Shown here: positions 48,661-59,569 of the stretch, piece by piece
How the letters are laid out: the number at the start of each line of letters is the position of its first letter
Numbering within the stretch: position 1 is the first letter of the stretch
From: Gemmatimonadota bacterium
GTDB taxonomy: Bacteria > Gemmatimonadota > Gemmatimonadetes > Gemmatimonadales > GWC2-71-9
Direction: 5' to 3'
Assembly (NCBI GenBank): GCA_039586365.1
Contig: JBDHKN010000005.1
Coordinates: forward strand, 32,001 to 96,000
Length of the DNA: 64,000 nt
The notes under the pieces: generated by a model
The model's database searches: none
The model's input: only the letters and a program-made list of their open reading frames with translations
Told to the model about the DNA's origin: nothing
Program-made: the position numbers and the translations under genes

Positions 48661-49520
48661 CTGTTCCGAAACGGATACGCCGAGACTCCTTGACTAGTCT
48701 CGTGGGAAAGGTGGATTCTCTCCCGCGGGGTGAGACCCCGCCGGACACGGTTCCTTCTGGGTTCCCTTCCTTGGACCGGCTACTGGGTGGTGGCTTCCGA
48801 CAGCAAGATCTCATTGTACTGGGTGGCGACGTGGGATCGGGAAAATCAGCATTGGCCTGCGGTTTTGCCCTGCGGGCTGCCATGGAGGGTTACCGAGTAG
48901 CCTACTGTTCTGGTGAGATGGACGAAGACCGCTTGCTCGAACGTGCCCTCGCTATCGAAGCACAGGTACAGGTTGACGAAATCCGATCTGGCGATCTCTC
49001 AGATGCCGCGCGCGCGGCTGTCGGGGCCGCAGCGGTGCGGCTCAGAGACCTACCGATCCGGATTCACCCACTACTGGGCCAACGGTTTCACGAAGCTCTT
49101 GCGCCAGCCTGGGAGGACAGTCCCAAGTTGGTGGTGCTCGACTACCTCCAGCTCCTGCCCCCCCCCGAGAAACATCTCAGCCACGCAGAAGACTGCGCAG
49201 CGGCCATCGGGGCGCTCAAGTCCTCAGCTCTCGAGCGGAAGGTGGCGTGTCTGGCCGTTGCTCAACTCCCTGAACAGAGTGCTGCGAGTGCGGACCGGCG
49301 CCCAAGGTTAAATGATTTCGGCGCACTCGGCTCTGTCAAGCAACACGCCGACATCGTTCTCGGATTGTATCGTGAGGACATGTACTCGGGTGGTCCAGAC
49401 GTCGAGGGTGCGACCGAACTGACAGTCCTCAAGAACCGGAATGGACCAACCGGATTCATCGATCTCTACTTTCACAGACAGTGGATGAGATTCGAAGACA
49501 TGTTGGATCCCACGCGCTGA
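48657..49520 (+). CDS. DnaB-like helicase, C-terminal domain only
   Basis: SGFPSLDRLLGGGF, GDVGSGKS, SGEM, LDYLQL, AQL, ADIVLGLYR, KNRNGPTG. Confidence 0.85.
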   Translation: MTVPKRIRRDSLTSLVGKVDSLPRGETPPDTVPSGFPSLDRLLGGGFRQQDLIVLGGDVGSGKSALACGFALRAAMEGYRVAYCSGEMDEDRLLERALAIEAQVQVDEIRSGDLSDAARAAVGAAAVRLRDLPIRIHPLLGQRFHEALAPAWEDSPKLVVLDYLQLLPPPEKHLSHAEDCAAAIGALKSSALERKVACLAVAQLPEQSAASADRRPRLNDFGALGSVKQHADIVLGLYREDMYSGGPDVEGATELTVLKNRNGPTGFIDLYFHRQWMRFEDMLDPTR

Positions 49521-49681
49521 GTCTCACCCAGACCACCTCACCATCCGCAATCCGTATGGACCTGGGGTCACCGCTCTGGTCCACTGCGTTGTCGGCCCCA
49601 AACCGTGTTCGATATATTCTTGTGTTCGGGCGTATCTTGCCGTTATTGGGCGGCCGAGCGCCCAACCCGCAAGGAGAGCTC

Positions 49682-50431
49682 ATGGCCGGCCATAGCAAGT
49701 GGAAGCAGATCAAGCACAAGAAGGCCGCACAAGACGCCAAGCGCGGTGCCCGTTTCACCAAGATCATCAAGGAAATCACGATCGCCGCGAGACAGGGCGG
49801 TGGTGATCCTGAGGGCAACCCGCGGCTCCGAACAGCGATCGAGAATGCCAAGGCCAACAACATGCCCGCCGAGAACATCGACCGAGCGATCAAGAAAGGC
49901 ACTGGAGAACTCGAGGGTGTGGTGTACGAGGAGGCGACTTACGAGGGATACGGACCCGGTGGTGCAGCCATCATGGTACAGGTAACGAGCGACAACCTCA
50001 ACCGCACGGTCGCCTCGATCCGCCACCTATTCTCGAAGAATGGTGGTAACCTGGGGGCACCGAACTCCGTGGCCTGGATGTTCGAGAAGAAGGGGCAACT
50101 ATGTCTCGACGCAGCCAAGTATCCCGAGGATGAAGTCTTCGAGTTGGTGCTGGAGGCAGGTGCCGAAGACATCGCCACCGAGGAAGGTCAACACCTAATA
50201 ACTGCTGAACCCACCCAGCTGGAGGCCATACGAGCAGCTTTGGAGGCAAAGGGGATCGTAATCGAAGAAGCCGAGATCGCGCTGATACCCCGGAACACTG
50301 TCAGGGTCGAGAGCAAGGAGGCAGAACAGCTACTCAGGCTAGCAGACGCTCTCGAGGAACACGACGACGTCTCCAAGGTGTTCAGCAATTTCGACATCGA
50401 TCAAGAGACTCTAGCGGCGGTCAGCGGGTGA
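49682..50431 (+). CDS. yebC: YebC/PmpR family protein
   Basis: MAGHSKW, NPRLR, YEGYGPGG, DDV..V. Confidence 0.96.
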   Translation: MAGHSKWKQIKHKKAAQDAKRGARFTKIIKEITIAARQGGGDPEGNPRLRTAIENAKANNMPAENIDRAIKKGTGELEGVVYEEATYEGYGPGGAAIMVQVTSDNLNRTVASIRHLFSKNGGNLGAPNSVAWMFEKKGQLCLDAAKYPEDEVFELVLEAGAEDIATEEGQHLITAEPTQLEAIRAALEAKGIVIEEAEIALIPRNTVRVESKEAEQLLRLADALEEHDDVSKVFSNFDIDQETLAAVSG

Positions 50432-50916
50432 CCGTACGTGTGCTGGGGATCGATCCCGGCACGGCCGTCATGGGATATGGCGTAGTCGAGGCCGTGAAAG
50501 GACGGCCTGGACGCCTGGTGGAATGCGGTGTGCTCCGAACAGATGCCCGAGCAGCGGCGGGTGTGAGGCTGGCCGGCATCTACGACGGCGTCGAGCAGCT
50601 CATAGTGCGGCACGGCCCCGCCGCCGTAGCTGTGGAGACATCCTTCTATCGCAAGAACGTGCGTACAACCATTCAACTCGGCCAGGTCCGGGGGGTAGTA
50701 CTACTAGCGGCGGCCAAGGCCGGACTCGATGTGGCGGAGTTCCCTCCCGCCAGCGTGAAGAAGTGTGTGGTCGGAGAGGGACGTGCCACCAAAGACCAGG
50801 TTGGCTACATGGTGCAGCGGCTACTCAGGCTGAAGGAACCGCCTCATCCTGATGACGCGGCTGACGCGTGTGCGATTGCGTTGACTTACCTCATGACTGC
50901 AAGGGCCAGAACGTGA
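50428..50916 (+). CDS. ruvC: Crossover junction endodeoxyribonuclease RuvC
   Basis: VLGIDPG, VAVE, G.G.ATK.QV, DDAADA. Confidence 0.96.
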   Translation: MTVRVLGIDPGTAVMGYGVVEAVKGRPGRLVECGVLRTDARAAAGVRLAGIYDGVEQLIVRHGPAAVAVETSFYRKNVRTTIQLGQVRGVVLLAAAKAGLDVAEFPPASVKKCVVGEGRATKDQVGYMVQRLLRLKEPPHPDDAADACAIALTYLMTARART

Positions 50917-51503
50917 TTGCTGCAGTGCGGGGCACACTGCTGGACAAGGCAACTGACAGAGTAGTGGTAGCTACCTCCGGGGGTGTCAGCTACGAGATCG
51001 CAGTGCCACTCGGTGTGCTGGAAAGGCTGCCCCAGATCGGGCAAGAAGTTGATCTCAAAACCGTCCCGATTGTACGGGATGATGGCTGGTCGCTGTATGG
51101 CTTTGATGACGTTGGTGAGAGAATGGTGTTTCAGCGACTCCTCGGAGTGAATGGCGTCGGTCCGCGTCTCGCCCTAGCCATCGTGTCCAGTTTGAGCGGC
51201 CGTGTAATCCACGCAATCAAGGACGGTGATATCGCCACCCTGTATACTGTCCCGGGCGTAGGTAAGAAGACGGCCGAGCGGATCGTACTCGAGTTGAAGG
51301 ACAAGTTGCGAGACATTGGCGCCCCCGACGGGCAGGGTGAAGATCAACTTCCAGCTGAGCAAGCAGTCTTTGCACTGGTCAACCTCGGATACGGAAGTGC
51401 GGAGGCAGATCGTGCCGTACGCACCGTATTGTCAGAGGGAGGACCAGGCAAGCCCGTTGAGCTGATAAGAGCGGCTCTGCAACTACTGACGAGAGGAAAA
51501 TGA
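50913..51503 (+). CDS. ruvA: Holliday junction branch migration protein RuvA
   Basis: LYGF, VNGVGPRLA, VPGVGKKTAERIVLEL. Confidence 0.95.
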   Translation: MIAAVRGTLLDKATDRVVVATSGGVSYEIAVPLGVLERLPQIGQEVDLKTVPIVRDDGWSLYGFDDVGERMVFQRLLGVNGVGPRLALAIVSSLSGRVIHAIKDGDIATLYTVPGVGKKTAERIVLELKDKLRDIGAPDGQGEDQLPAEQAVFALVNLGYGSAEADRAVRTVLSEGGPGKPVELIRAALQLLTRGK

Positions 51504-51660
51504 AGACAGCGGAATGGGTGTGCACATCGTGTGGCGCTACCAATAGAAAATTGGTCGCCGACCAAACAACTCGAGCCGACGACAGGTGCGTACAATGTCA
51601 CAAGCGGCACTTGATTGAACAGTCCGAGCGACCAGTTCGTTGGCAATCGAAAGAGAAGTC

Positions 51661-52704
51661 GTGACCCGCCCTGAAATCACGACCCCGGAAGTCTTACCCG
51701 AGGAGTCGTCCTCCGAAGCATCGTTGCGACCGCAGCGACTCACGGAGTTCGTCGGACAGGAAGAAGTCAAAACGAGGCTGCAAATCGCCATCGACGCCGC
51801 CCGAAAACGTGGCGAGCAGCTGGATCACACACTCTTCTTCGGCCCACCCGGGTTGGGTAAGACCACGCTGGCCATGATGGTAGCCCGCGAGATGGAAGTG
51901 AACATCCGCACGACAAGCGGACCAGTGCTGGAGAAGTCGGGTGACCTGGTCGGCCTGCTCACGACCTTGCAGCGCGCTGATGTCCTCTTCATCGATGAGA
52001 TCCATAGGCTGCGGCCGACCCTCGAGGAGTTCCTCTATCCCGCGATGGAGGACTTCCACGTGGACGTGCGCCTTGCGGACGGGCCCAACGCACAGACTAT
52101 ACCGATGAAGGTCGAACCCTTCACACTGATCGGTGCATCCACCCGATTCGGCATGCTGACACCTCCAATGCGGGCGCGATTCGGACTCATTGAGCGCCTC
52201 GGCTATTACCCGGCCGAACAGCTTCAGACAATTGTCACCCGTTCAGCCAGAATCCTCAACGTTGCCATCGAGCTTGAGGGAGCACTAGAGATCGCCAGGA
52301 GGAGTCGCGGAACTCCACGGGTGGCAAATCGCCTGCTACGCCGGGTGCGCGACTATGCACAAGTCAAGGCAGACGGCCGCATTACCGAGTTAGTAGCCCG
52401 CGAGGCATTGCTGGGCCTCAACGTCGACGAGTATGGACTCGACGACATGGATGGACGAATCCTGAAGATGATCATTGAGAAGTTCGATGGCGGTCCGGTT
52501 GGTCTGAACACAATTGCCGTTGCTGTCGGCGAGGATCCTGGTACATTGGAAGAGGTCTACGAGCCGTTCCTCATCCAGCAGGGTTTTCTGCACCGCACTC
52601 CACGGGGCCGGGCAGCGACGCCGGCGGCCTATCGACACTTTGGTTACACACCCCCAGTTGGCAACACCCAAGCGGGGTTCTTCGATGACGGGCCGAGTGC
52701 CTAG
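51661..52704 (+). CDS. ruvB: Holliday junction helicase RuvB
   Basis: [30 protein letters not shown]. Start is 51640 or 51661. Confidence 0.97.
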   Translation: MTRPEITTPEVLPEESSSEASLRPQRLTEFVGQEEVKTRLQIAIDAARKRGEQLDHTLFFGPPGLGKTTLAMMVAREMEVNIRTTSGPVLEKSGDLVGLLTTLQRADVLFIDEIHRLRPTLEEFLYPAMEDFHVDVRLADGPNAQTIPMKVEPFTLIGASTRFGMLTPPMRARFGLIERLGYYPAEQLQTIVTRSARILNVAIELEGALEIARRSRGTPRVANRLLRRVRDYAQVKADGRITELVAREALLGLNVDEYGLDDMDGRILKMIIEKFDGGPVGLNTIAVAVGEDPGTLEEVYEPFLIQQGFLHRTPRGRAATPAAYRHFGYTPPVGNTQAGFFDDGPSA

Positions 52705-53731
52705 ACGCCACCGTACGTGCGACTTCGAATACGAGTACCCCCCCGAAGCCATCGCTCAGCGGCCTCTCTCAGAACGAAGTGCGAGCCGGCTCATGGTCGT
52801 CAATCGTGCTACCGGATCTGTCGAACACCGTTCGTTTAGCAGTTTCCCCACTCTGGCCCAGCCAGGTGACGTGCTGGTCATCAACGTCAGTCGAGTGATG
52901 AAGGCGCGCTTGCGGGGAGTGCGGGAGAACGGGCGTGAAGCCGAAATTCTCCTAACGAGTATGACAGACGACGGCACGTGGCTGGCAATGGTGCACCCTG
53001 GTGGGAAGCTCAAGGTTGGTCGCAAGGTGCAGTTCGGAGACGACTCCGTTGCGGAGGTTGTCGAGGTGGTGGGTGGCGGGTTGAGACGGATCAGGCTGTC
53101 GGGATCCCTGACCGGAGCAGAGTTGATGCAGCGTTATGGATCGGTGCCGTTACCTCCTTACATAAATCGTACACCTGAGGTATCAGACGAGGTCAGCTAC
53201 CAGACAGTGTATGCGAGGGAAGACGGCAGCGTGGCCGCTCCCACTGCTGGCCTACACTTCACCGAAAGGATCCTGGCACAGCTTCGCGAGCATGGCGTAT
53301 TGACAGCAGAGGTGCTGTTGCACATTGGCCCAGGAACCTTCAAGCCGGTGGAGGCAGACGACCCGGGGAACCACAGGATGCACTCCGAGTGGTACTCGGT
53401 CTCTGAGGAAGCAGCGGGATTGGTCGGTCGAGCAAGGCAGAACGGGAACAGGGTGTGGGCAGTTGGCACCACGTCGGCCCGCGTGTTGGAGGCGTTGGGT
53501 GCCAGCGGTGGAGTACGGGCGTCCAGCGGCTGGACGGATCTCTTCATCCGTCCTCCTTACCAGTTCCAGATCGTAGACGCTTTGCTGACCAACTTCCACT
53601 TGCCCCGATCTACCCTGCTCATGCTGGTGGCAGCGTTCGCCGGATACGACACCGTGATGAATTCATACCGGGAGGCGATAGCCCGTGGATACCGCCTGTA
53701 CAGCTACGGCGACGCGATGGCAATCGTGTGA
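52697..53731 (+). CDS. queA: S-adenosylmethionine:tRNA ribosyltransferase-isomerase
   Basis: [43 protein letters not shown]. Confidence 0.96.
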   Translation: MPRRHRTCDFEYEYPPEAIAQRPLSERSASRLMVVNRATGSVEHRSFSSFPTLAQPGDVLVINVSRVMKARLRGVRENGREAEILLTSMTDDGTWLAMVHPGGKLKVGRKVQFGDDSVAEVVEVVGGGLRRIRLSGSLTGAELMQRYGSVPLPPYINRTPEVSDEVSYQTVYAREDGSVAAPTAGLHFTERILAQLREHGVLTAEVLLHIGPGTFKPVEADDPGNHRMHSEWYSVSEEAAGLVGRARQNGNRVWAVGTTSARVLEALGASGGVRASSGWTDLFIRPPYQFQIVDALLTNFHLPRSTLLMLVAAFAGYDTVMNSYREAIARGYRLYSYGDAMAIV

Positions 53732-54867
53732 CTGTGTTCGAGTTTCGGATCGATAGCACGGATGGGTATGCACGGGCTGGAACTCTGAGTCTGCCGCACG
53801 GGGAGATCACGACTCCGGCGTTCATGCCAGTTGGTACTCAGGGGACTGTGCGGGCATTGTCACCGTTCGACCTCGAGGCTGTGGGCGCCCGGGTAGTCCT
53901 TGCTAACACTTACCATCTGCATGTGCGCCCTGGCGAGGATGTAGTGGCTCAGCTGGGCGGACTACACCGATTCATGGCATGGCCACACCCCATCCTCACC
54001 GACTCCGGCGGATTCCAGGTCTTTTCTCTGGCAGGGTTTCGCAAAGTCGACGAGGACGGCGTCGAGTTCCAATCCCACGTCGACGGACAGAGACGCAAAC
54101 TGACACCGGAAAGGGCTGTCGAGATACAGTGGTCTTTGGGAGCCGACATCGCGATGGCTTTCGACCACGTAGTCCCGGGCCAGGTCGATCACACTACAGC
54201 CTCAGATGCACTGGAACGAACATCACGGTGGCTCGAACGCTGTATCTCTAGACACGAATCGTTGTCAGCCCAGGCTTCGGACAGACAGACCTTGTGGCCG
54301 ATTCTTCAAGGGGCCACGTTCAGCGATCTGAGGCAGATTGGACTGGGGCATGTCACGTCCCTCGCTGACTGGACGGGATTGGCCGTTGGCGGCCTGGCTG
54401 TCGGTGAGCCAAAGGAGATCACGCTAGGCTTACTGGACGGACTGGCTGAGTCGCTTCCAGTCCCGATTCCCCGTTATCTTATGGGTGTCGGCTTCCCCGA
54501 AGACCTGCTACAGGCCGTTGCACGGGGTCTGGATCTCTTCGACTGCGTTGCTCCCACCCGGAACGGACGTAACGGCACCGCGTTCACACCGGATGGACCT
54601 ATCAACATCAGGAACGCAGCCTACCGCCGTGATCCCGCCCCGTTAGATGCGTCCTGTGAATGCGAGGCGTGTCGAACATACAGCCGCGGCTATCTGCGGC
54701 ACCTGTTCGCAGCGGATGAGTTACTCGGGTTGAGATTGCTATCGCTGCACAATGTCCGATTCCTGATCGCACTCTCTGAGGAAGCCGGTGGACAGGTTGC
54801 GGCTGGCCGATTCGCATCGTGGAGCCGCGAGTGGATAACTAGGTACAACGCGCGAGGAAAGCCGTGA
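53728..54867 (+). CDS. tgt: tRNA-guanine transglycosylase
   Basis: TPAFMPVGT, NTYHL, TDSGGFQ, YLMGVG, DCVAPTR, CxCxxC. Confidence 0.96.
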   Translation: MTVFEFRIDSTDGYARAGTLSLPHGEITTPAFMPVGTQGTVRALSPFDLEAVGARVVLANTYHLHVRPGEDVVAQLGGLHRFMAWPHPILTDSGGFQVFSLAGFRKVDEDGVEFQSHVDGQRRKLTPERAVEIQWSLGADIAMAFDHVVPGQVDHTTASDALERTSRWLERCISRHESLSAQASDRQTLWPILQGATFSDLRQIGLGHVTSLADWTGLAVGGLAVGEPKEITLGLLDGLAESLPVPIPRYLMGVGFPEDLLQAVARGLDLFDCVAPTRNGRNGTAFTPDGPINIRNAAYRRDPAPLDASCECEACRTYSRGYLRHLFAADELLGLRLLSLHNVRFLIALSEEAGGQVAAGRFASWSREWITRYNARGKP

Positions 54868-55196
54868 GACTTGACGCCCTCTTTTTGTTCACACCGGCCG
54901 GGGGGTCCCCCGGTGGCGGTATGGCAATATTCCTATTTCAGATGTTGGCGATCCTCGGCATCTTCTACTTCCTGATCATTCGACCCAAAGTGCAGCAGGA
55001 GAAGAAGCATCGTGAGCGTCTGCAGCAGATCAAGCGCGGTGACGAAATCGTGACTGCTGGAGGCATAGTTGGTGAGGTTGTGCACGTCAAAGACGACAAG
55101 CTCACTCTGAAGAGCGGAGAGGCCCGCTTGGTCGTGCAGCGGGAGCGGGTTGCCGACGTTCGATCACCTGGAGAGACACCCGAGAGAAGCAAGTGA
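54864..55196 (+). CDS. yajC: Preprotein translocase subunit YajC
   Basis: FYFLIIRP, GDEIVTAGGI; follows tgt. Confidence 0.93.
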   Translation: MRLDALFLFTPAGGSPGGGMAIFLFQMLAILGIFYFLIIRPKVQQEKKHRERLQQIKRGDEIVTAGGIVGEVVHVKDDKLTLKSGEARLVVQRERVADVRSPGETPERSK

Positions 55197-55729
55197 CTAT
55201 CCGGACAATTCACCTTCTGGGCTCGCCGGTCCTCCGCCAGCGTGCCACGGAGGTAAGGCAGATCGACGATGAGGTGCGGCAACTGGTTGCAGACCTCTTC
55301 GAAACGATGCGAGCAGACGACGGAATTGGACTCGCCTCCAACCAGGTTGGTGAGACGCGACGAGTGGCCGTGGTGGAAGCGGGGGAAGACCCACCGGTCG
55401 TGTTGATAGATCCTGTAATAGTCGAGCAGGAAGGCAAGATCCGCGGTGAGGAAGGCTGTCTATCGATTCCCGAGATCTTCGGCGACGTCGACCGCTCTGC
55501 AGAGATTGTGGTAGAGACTACCTCACTCGAGGGCGAACGGGTGCGGATAGCAGCCTCCGATCTCTGTTCGCGCGCCATTCAACATGAGATCGACCACCTC
55601 GACGGCATCCTGTTTCTCGATCACCTGAGCCCGCTCAAGCGCCGCATGCTGATGAAGAAGTGGAAGAAGCTGCGCAAGGGGAAGACAGGCTACCTCAAGG
55701 AAGTTGCGTCGGCACTGGGGAAGGGCTAG
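55193..55729 (+). CDS. def: Peptide deformylase
   Basis: GIGLAS, EGCLS, QHEIDHLDG. Confidence 0.97.
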   Translation: MTIRTIHLLGSPVLRQRATEVRQIDDEVRQLVADLFETMRADDGIGLASNQVGETRRVAVVEAGEDPPVVLIDPVIVEQEGKIRGEEGCLSIPEIFGDVDRSAEIVVETTSLEGERVRIAASDLCSRAIQHEIDHLDGILFLDHLSPLKRRMLMKKWKKLRKGKTGYLKEVASALGKG

Positions 55730-55732
55730 AGG

Positions 55733-56665
55733 GTGCGACTCGTCTTTTTCGGGACTCCCGATTTCGCGGTACCGTCGCTCAGGGCCCTGGTGGAGGAGGG
55801 CTTCAACGTGGAGTTAGTGGTGACCCGACCTGACCGACCCCAGGGCCGCCATCGCTCCAAGCTCGTACCTCCTCCCGTCAAGGCCGTGGCCCTGGACATG
55901 GAACTGCCGGTACTCCAGCCGGAACGGCCTACTGAACCGGAGTTCATGGAGCACTTGCAGGCGCTCAAGCCCGGATTGGGCGTGGTGGTGGGGTATGGTC
56001 ACATTCTCACGCCTGCGCTCCTCGACCTTCCACCCAAGGGTATGATCAACGTGCACGCTTCGCTCTTGCCCCACCTCCGAGGTGCGGCACCCATCGAGCA
56101 CGCGATTCTTAACGGTGATTGTGAAACCGGTGTGACGATCATGCAAATGGAACCGGAGTTGGACACGGGGCCGATCATACACCAAGTGGCCACTCCCATC
56201 GCTCCAGATGAAACCGGTGGAGAACTCACCGCCCGACTTGCCGAGCTCGGAGCGCTTGCGCTGGTGGAGGCTCTCACACTCATCGAAACCGACACCGCCG
56301 AGCTACATCAACAGGACCATGCGGAAGCCTCGTACGCTCCCAAACTCGGTGCGGAAATGGCCCGCATAGTCTGGGACCGGCCGGCCGATGAGATCGCTCG
56401 ACTGGTCAGAGCACTCGATCCCAGGGTTGGCGCACGTACCACTCTGGGTGACCGTGAGGTGAAGCTCTTCGGACCCAGGCTAGCAGACGAATCGAGAGAA
56501 GACAGCATCCCCGGAGAGATTCTGGAGACCGATCCGGCACTGATAGTCGCTACTGGACAGGGTGCCCTCCAGTTCCTCGACGTCCAACCAGCGGGGCGCC
56601 AGCGCATGGCAGCCACGGCTTGGGTGAGAGGCAAGAACGCCAAGAGAGGTGACCGGTTCGAGTGA
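55733..56665 (+). CDS. fmt: Methionyl-tRNA formyltransferase
   Basis: FFGTPDFA, NVHASLLP, RGAAPI, LDTGP. Confidence 0.97.
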   Translation: MRLVFFGTPDFAVPSLRALVEEGFNVELVVTRPDRPQGRHRSKLVPPPVKAVALDMELPVLQPERPTEPEFMEHLQALKPGLGVVVGYGHILTPALLDLPPKGMINVHASLLPHLRGAAPIEHAILNGDCETGVTIMQMEPELDTGPIIHQVATPIAPDETGGELTARLAELGALALVEALTLIETDTAELHQQDHAEASYAPKLGAEMARIVWDRPADEIARLVRALDPRVGARTTLGDREVKLFGPRLADESREDSIPGEILETDPALIVATGQGALQFLDVQPAGRQRMAATAWVRGKNAKRGDRFE

Positions 56666-57276
56666 ACCGGAGTCTGCCACCACTCCACGCCGTCACCAAT
56701 AGCACGATACTCGGGCTGACGGATTTCCAGCGGCGGGCGACCGAAATCGCCCGGTCTCTCCAGGTCGCACTCCATATCCGGACCGATTCATTGGGTGCAC
56801 GTCGTCTCACCGAGTTGACTCTTACAGCAAAGACCATCTGCAGCGCCAGGGGCGCTCACATCTTCGTGAATGATCGCGTCGATATCGCCTTAGCTTCGGC
56901 CGCCGATGGCATCCATCTCCCGGGCGGAGGCATCCCGACCACATACGTACGTGAGTTGATCGGCCCAGATGTGTGGATTGGCCGGTCTACCCACAGCGTT
57001 GACGAGGCTCTGGTGGCGCAAGATGAGGGAGTTGACTACGTGTTTCTAGGCCCCATTTGGCCCACAACGTCGCACCCGGGACGGCCTGCTCTGGGCACAG
57101 GAGCAATATCAGGTGCCAGAACGGCCCGCGTGATCGCCATTGGCGGTGTGACACCGGAGAGAGTTCAACCCGCTATGGACGCAGGAGCTTATGGTGTGGC
57201 GGCTATCTCCGGGCTCTGGTTGGCACCGGATAGCGGTGCGGCCGTTGAGCGGATGCTGCTATCTTTTGATTCATGA
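56662..57276 (+). CDS. Thiamine-phosphate synthase/TenI-like protein
   Basis: VNDRVDIA, GIHL, STHS, FLGPIWPTTSHPG, AIGG; upstream of thiS-thiG. Confidence 0.8.
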   Translation: MNRSLPPLHAVTNSTILGLTDFQRRATEIARSLQVALHIRTDSLGARRLTELTLTAKTICSARGAHIFVNDRVDIALASAADGIHLPGGGIPTTYVRELIGPDVWIGRSTHSVDEALVAQDEGVDYVFLGPIWPTTSHPGRPALGTGAISGARTARVIAIGGVTPERVQPAMDAGAYGVAAISGLWLAPDSGAAVERMLLSFDS

Positions 57277-57485
57277 GCGGAATGATCAGGGTTGTCGTCA
57301 ATGGACAGGAACGAGACATCGATCGTTCTTCTACCGGCTTGGATCTGCTCCGAGTACTCGAATTGGATCCGCGTACTGTCGTTGTGGAACTGAACGAGGA
57401 AATCGTACGACGACCATCGTTGAGTGAGATTCGGCTGCGCGACGGCGACCGCATTGAGATTGTGCATTTCGTGGGGGGCGGCTGA
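57273..57485 (+). CDS. thiS: Sulfur carrier protein ThiS
   Basis: [20 protein letters not shown]-terminus. Confidence 0.95.
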   Translation: MSGMIRVVVNGQERDIDRSSTGLDLLRVLELDPRTVVVELNEEIVRRPSLSEIRLRDGDRIEIVHFVGGG

Positions 57486-57505
57486 GTATCCGTCTGGAGC
57501 AAGCG

Positions 57506-58303
57506 ATGACAACAAGTGCTACAACGACTGTTGACAGACCACTCACCATAGGCGGCCGCGAGTTCCGGTCGCGCCTCATGGTGGGAACCGGAAAGTACCA
57601 GAACAACACGACCATGGTCGAGGCTATTGAGGCCTCGGGCGCTGAGACGATTACCGTCGCCGTTCGGCGGGTCGACCTCGATCGGAGTAAGCAAGAAGGA
57701 ATTCTGTACCACCTGGACCCCGCCCGCTTCTTTTTGCTGGCCAACACCGCTGGATGCTACACAGCCAACGATGCGATCCGGTACGCCAGACTCGCGCGGG
57801 AAGCCGGCTTCAATGAATTCATCAAGCTCGAAGTCATTGGTGACGAGGAAACCCTCTTTCCTGATGTAGCAGGACTCCTGGAAGCAGCAGAGGTGTTGGT
57901 GAGGGAAGGCTTCAAGGTAATGGCGTATACCAATGATGACCTAATCACTGCTCTCCGACTTGAGGATGCTGGATGTGCGGCAGTCATGCCTTTGGCTTCA
58001 CCGATCGGTAGCGGCCTGGGACTCGTCAATCCTTACACGATTCGGATTATCAAACGTCGGCTGTCGGTGCCGGTGATAGTTGACGCTGGTGTCGGTACAG
58101 CTTCTGACGCGTGCGTCACAATGGAGCAGGGTGTCGACGGTGTTCTCATGAACACGGCGCTGGCAGCAGCGGCAGACCCTGTTGCGATGGGGAGAGCAAT
58201 GAAGTGCGCAGTCGAGGCTGGCCGTCTCGCTTTCTTGGCCGGGCGGATGAAGCAGCGCGAAATTGCTGTACCATCCAGCCCAACCAAAGGTATGCTCGGA
58301 TAG
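57506..58303 (+). CDS. thiG: Thiazole synthase
   Basis: [37 protein letters not shown]. Confidence 0.97.
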   Translation: MTTSATTTVDRPLTIGGREFRSRLMVGTGKYQNNTTMVEAIEASGAETITVAVRRVDLDRSKQEGILYHLDPARFFLLANTAGCYTANDAIRYARLAREAGFNEFIKLEVIGDEETLFPDVAGLLEAAEVLVREGFKVMAYTNDDLITALRLEDAGCAAVMPLASPIGSGLGLVNPYTIRIIKRRLSVPVIVDAGVGTASDACVTMEQGVDGVLMNTALAAAADPVAMGRAMKCAVEAGRLAFLAGRMKQREIAVPSSPTKGMLG

Positions 58304-59569
58304 GTGGCACAGGGAACGGCCGCCCGACAAGCCGCACTCAGCATCCTTCGAGGTGTGCGCACTGGGCAGCCTTTTGACGTAGCGCAACTGGCTGCCGTGG
58401 CAGGGCTGTCAGATTCTGACCGTCGGTTGGCCCACGAAATAGCCGCTGGGGTGCTGCGCGGGCGAACTGAACTCGACCGGCGGCTCCGGCCTTTGGTCTC
58501 GCGTGACTGGAACAGCACAGAACCCGATTTGAAGGACCTACTGCGCATCGGCACCTATCAACTGATGCAACTGAATCGCGTCCCGCCTTATGCAGCCGTT
58601 CAGGCGACGGTGGAGGTTGCCAAAGAGGTCAGAGGTCCTAGGGGAGCTGGATTGGTCAACGCCGTGTTGCGGCGGGTTTCTCTGGATAGAGCACAACCGC
58701 CGCAGCACGGCCAGGGGCGGGACGCCAAGGGGCTCGCCGCCGAGTACTCGCATCCGACCTGGCTCGTTGAGCGGTGGACTCGGCAGTTCGGCCTAGAACG
58801 AACCAGGGCGCTGTTGGAGCACAACAACCGCCGGCCACCGCTCGTCATCCAGCCAGTGAGGTGGTCGCTGGAGAGACTGCAAAATCAGCTGCGGGCTGAG
58901 GGAGTATCGTTCTCTGCAGCGCCTGGCGGCGCGGGCCTGACGGTGGAACGGAGCCGAGTCGAGCGACTCCCAGGGTATGATGTGGGAGGTTTCATAGTGC
59001 AGGATGCCGCTCAGGCTCTGCTCCTTGAGTACGCCAAGATACCAGAGCACGCGATCGTGTGGGACGTCTGCGCGGCACCTGGAGGGAAGACAGCGGTGAT
59101 GAGCCGCAGAAGTCGGGTGATAGCGTCAGAACTGAAACGGGACAGGCTCCCCCGTCTCAGAGAGACCCTTGCACGAACGGCTCCAGGCGTACCAGTCTTC
59201 CTGGCGGACGCCCGCCATCCACCGCTGGCACCGATGACTATGGACGTAACGGTGATCGACGCCCCATGCTCGGCAACAGGGACTATGGGACGACATCCGG
59301 ATGGTCGCTGGCGCATCACTGAGCGGAGTATTACCAGAATGGCCCTCAGGCAAGCTACATTGCTCGAAGGAGCCTGCACGACAGTCCGCACTGGTGGTAT
59401 GATCGTCTACCTTACCTGCTCGCTCGAGCCGGAAGAAGATGGTGAGCAGGTGGATTTATTCCTTGAACGGCATAGCTCGTTTGAACGCGACCGCGATGAC
59501 CTACTCGTCTTCCCACCCGATACAGGAACGGATGGCGGTTTTGGGGCCTGCATGAGACGTGTGCGATGA
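58304..59569 (+). CDS. rsmB: 16S rRNA m5C967 methyltransferase (NusB-like domain + Sun)
   Basis: NusB-like N-terminus (VNAVLR), DVCAAPGGKT, DAPCSATG, TCS. Confidence 0.9.
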   Translation: MAQGTAARQAALSILRGVRTGQPFDVAQLAAVAGLSDSDRRLAHEIAAGVLRGRTELDRRLRPLVSRDWNSTEPDLKDLLRIGTYQLMQLNRVPPYAAVQATVEVAKEVRGPRGAGLVNAVLRRVSLDRAQPPQHGQGRDAKGLAAEYSHPTWLVERWTRQFGLERTRALLEHNNRRPPLVIQPVRWSLERLQNQLRAEGVSFSAAPGGAGLTVERSRVERLPGYDVGGFIVQDAAQALLLEYAKIPEHAIVWDVCAAPGGKTAVMSRRSRVIASELKRDRLPRLRETLARTAPGVPVFLADARHPPLAPMTMDVTVIDAPCSATGTMGRHPDGRWRITERSITRMALRQATLLEGACTTVRTGGMIVYLTCSLEPEEDGEQVDLFLERHSSFERDRDDLLVFPPDTGTDGGFGACMRRVR

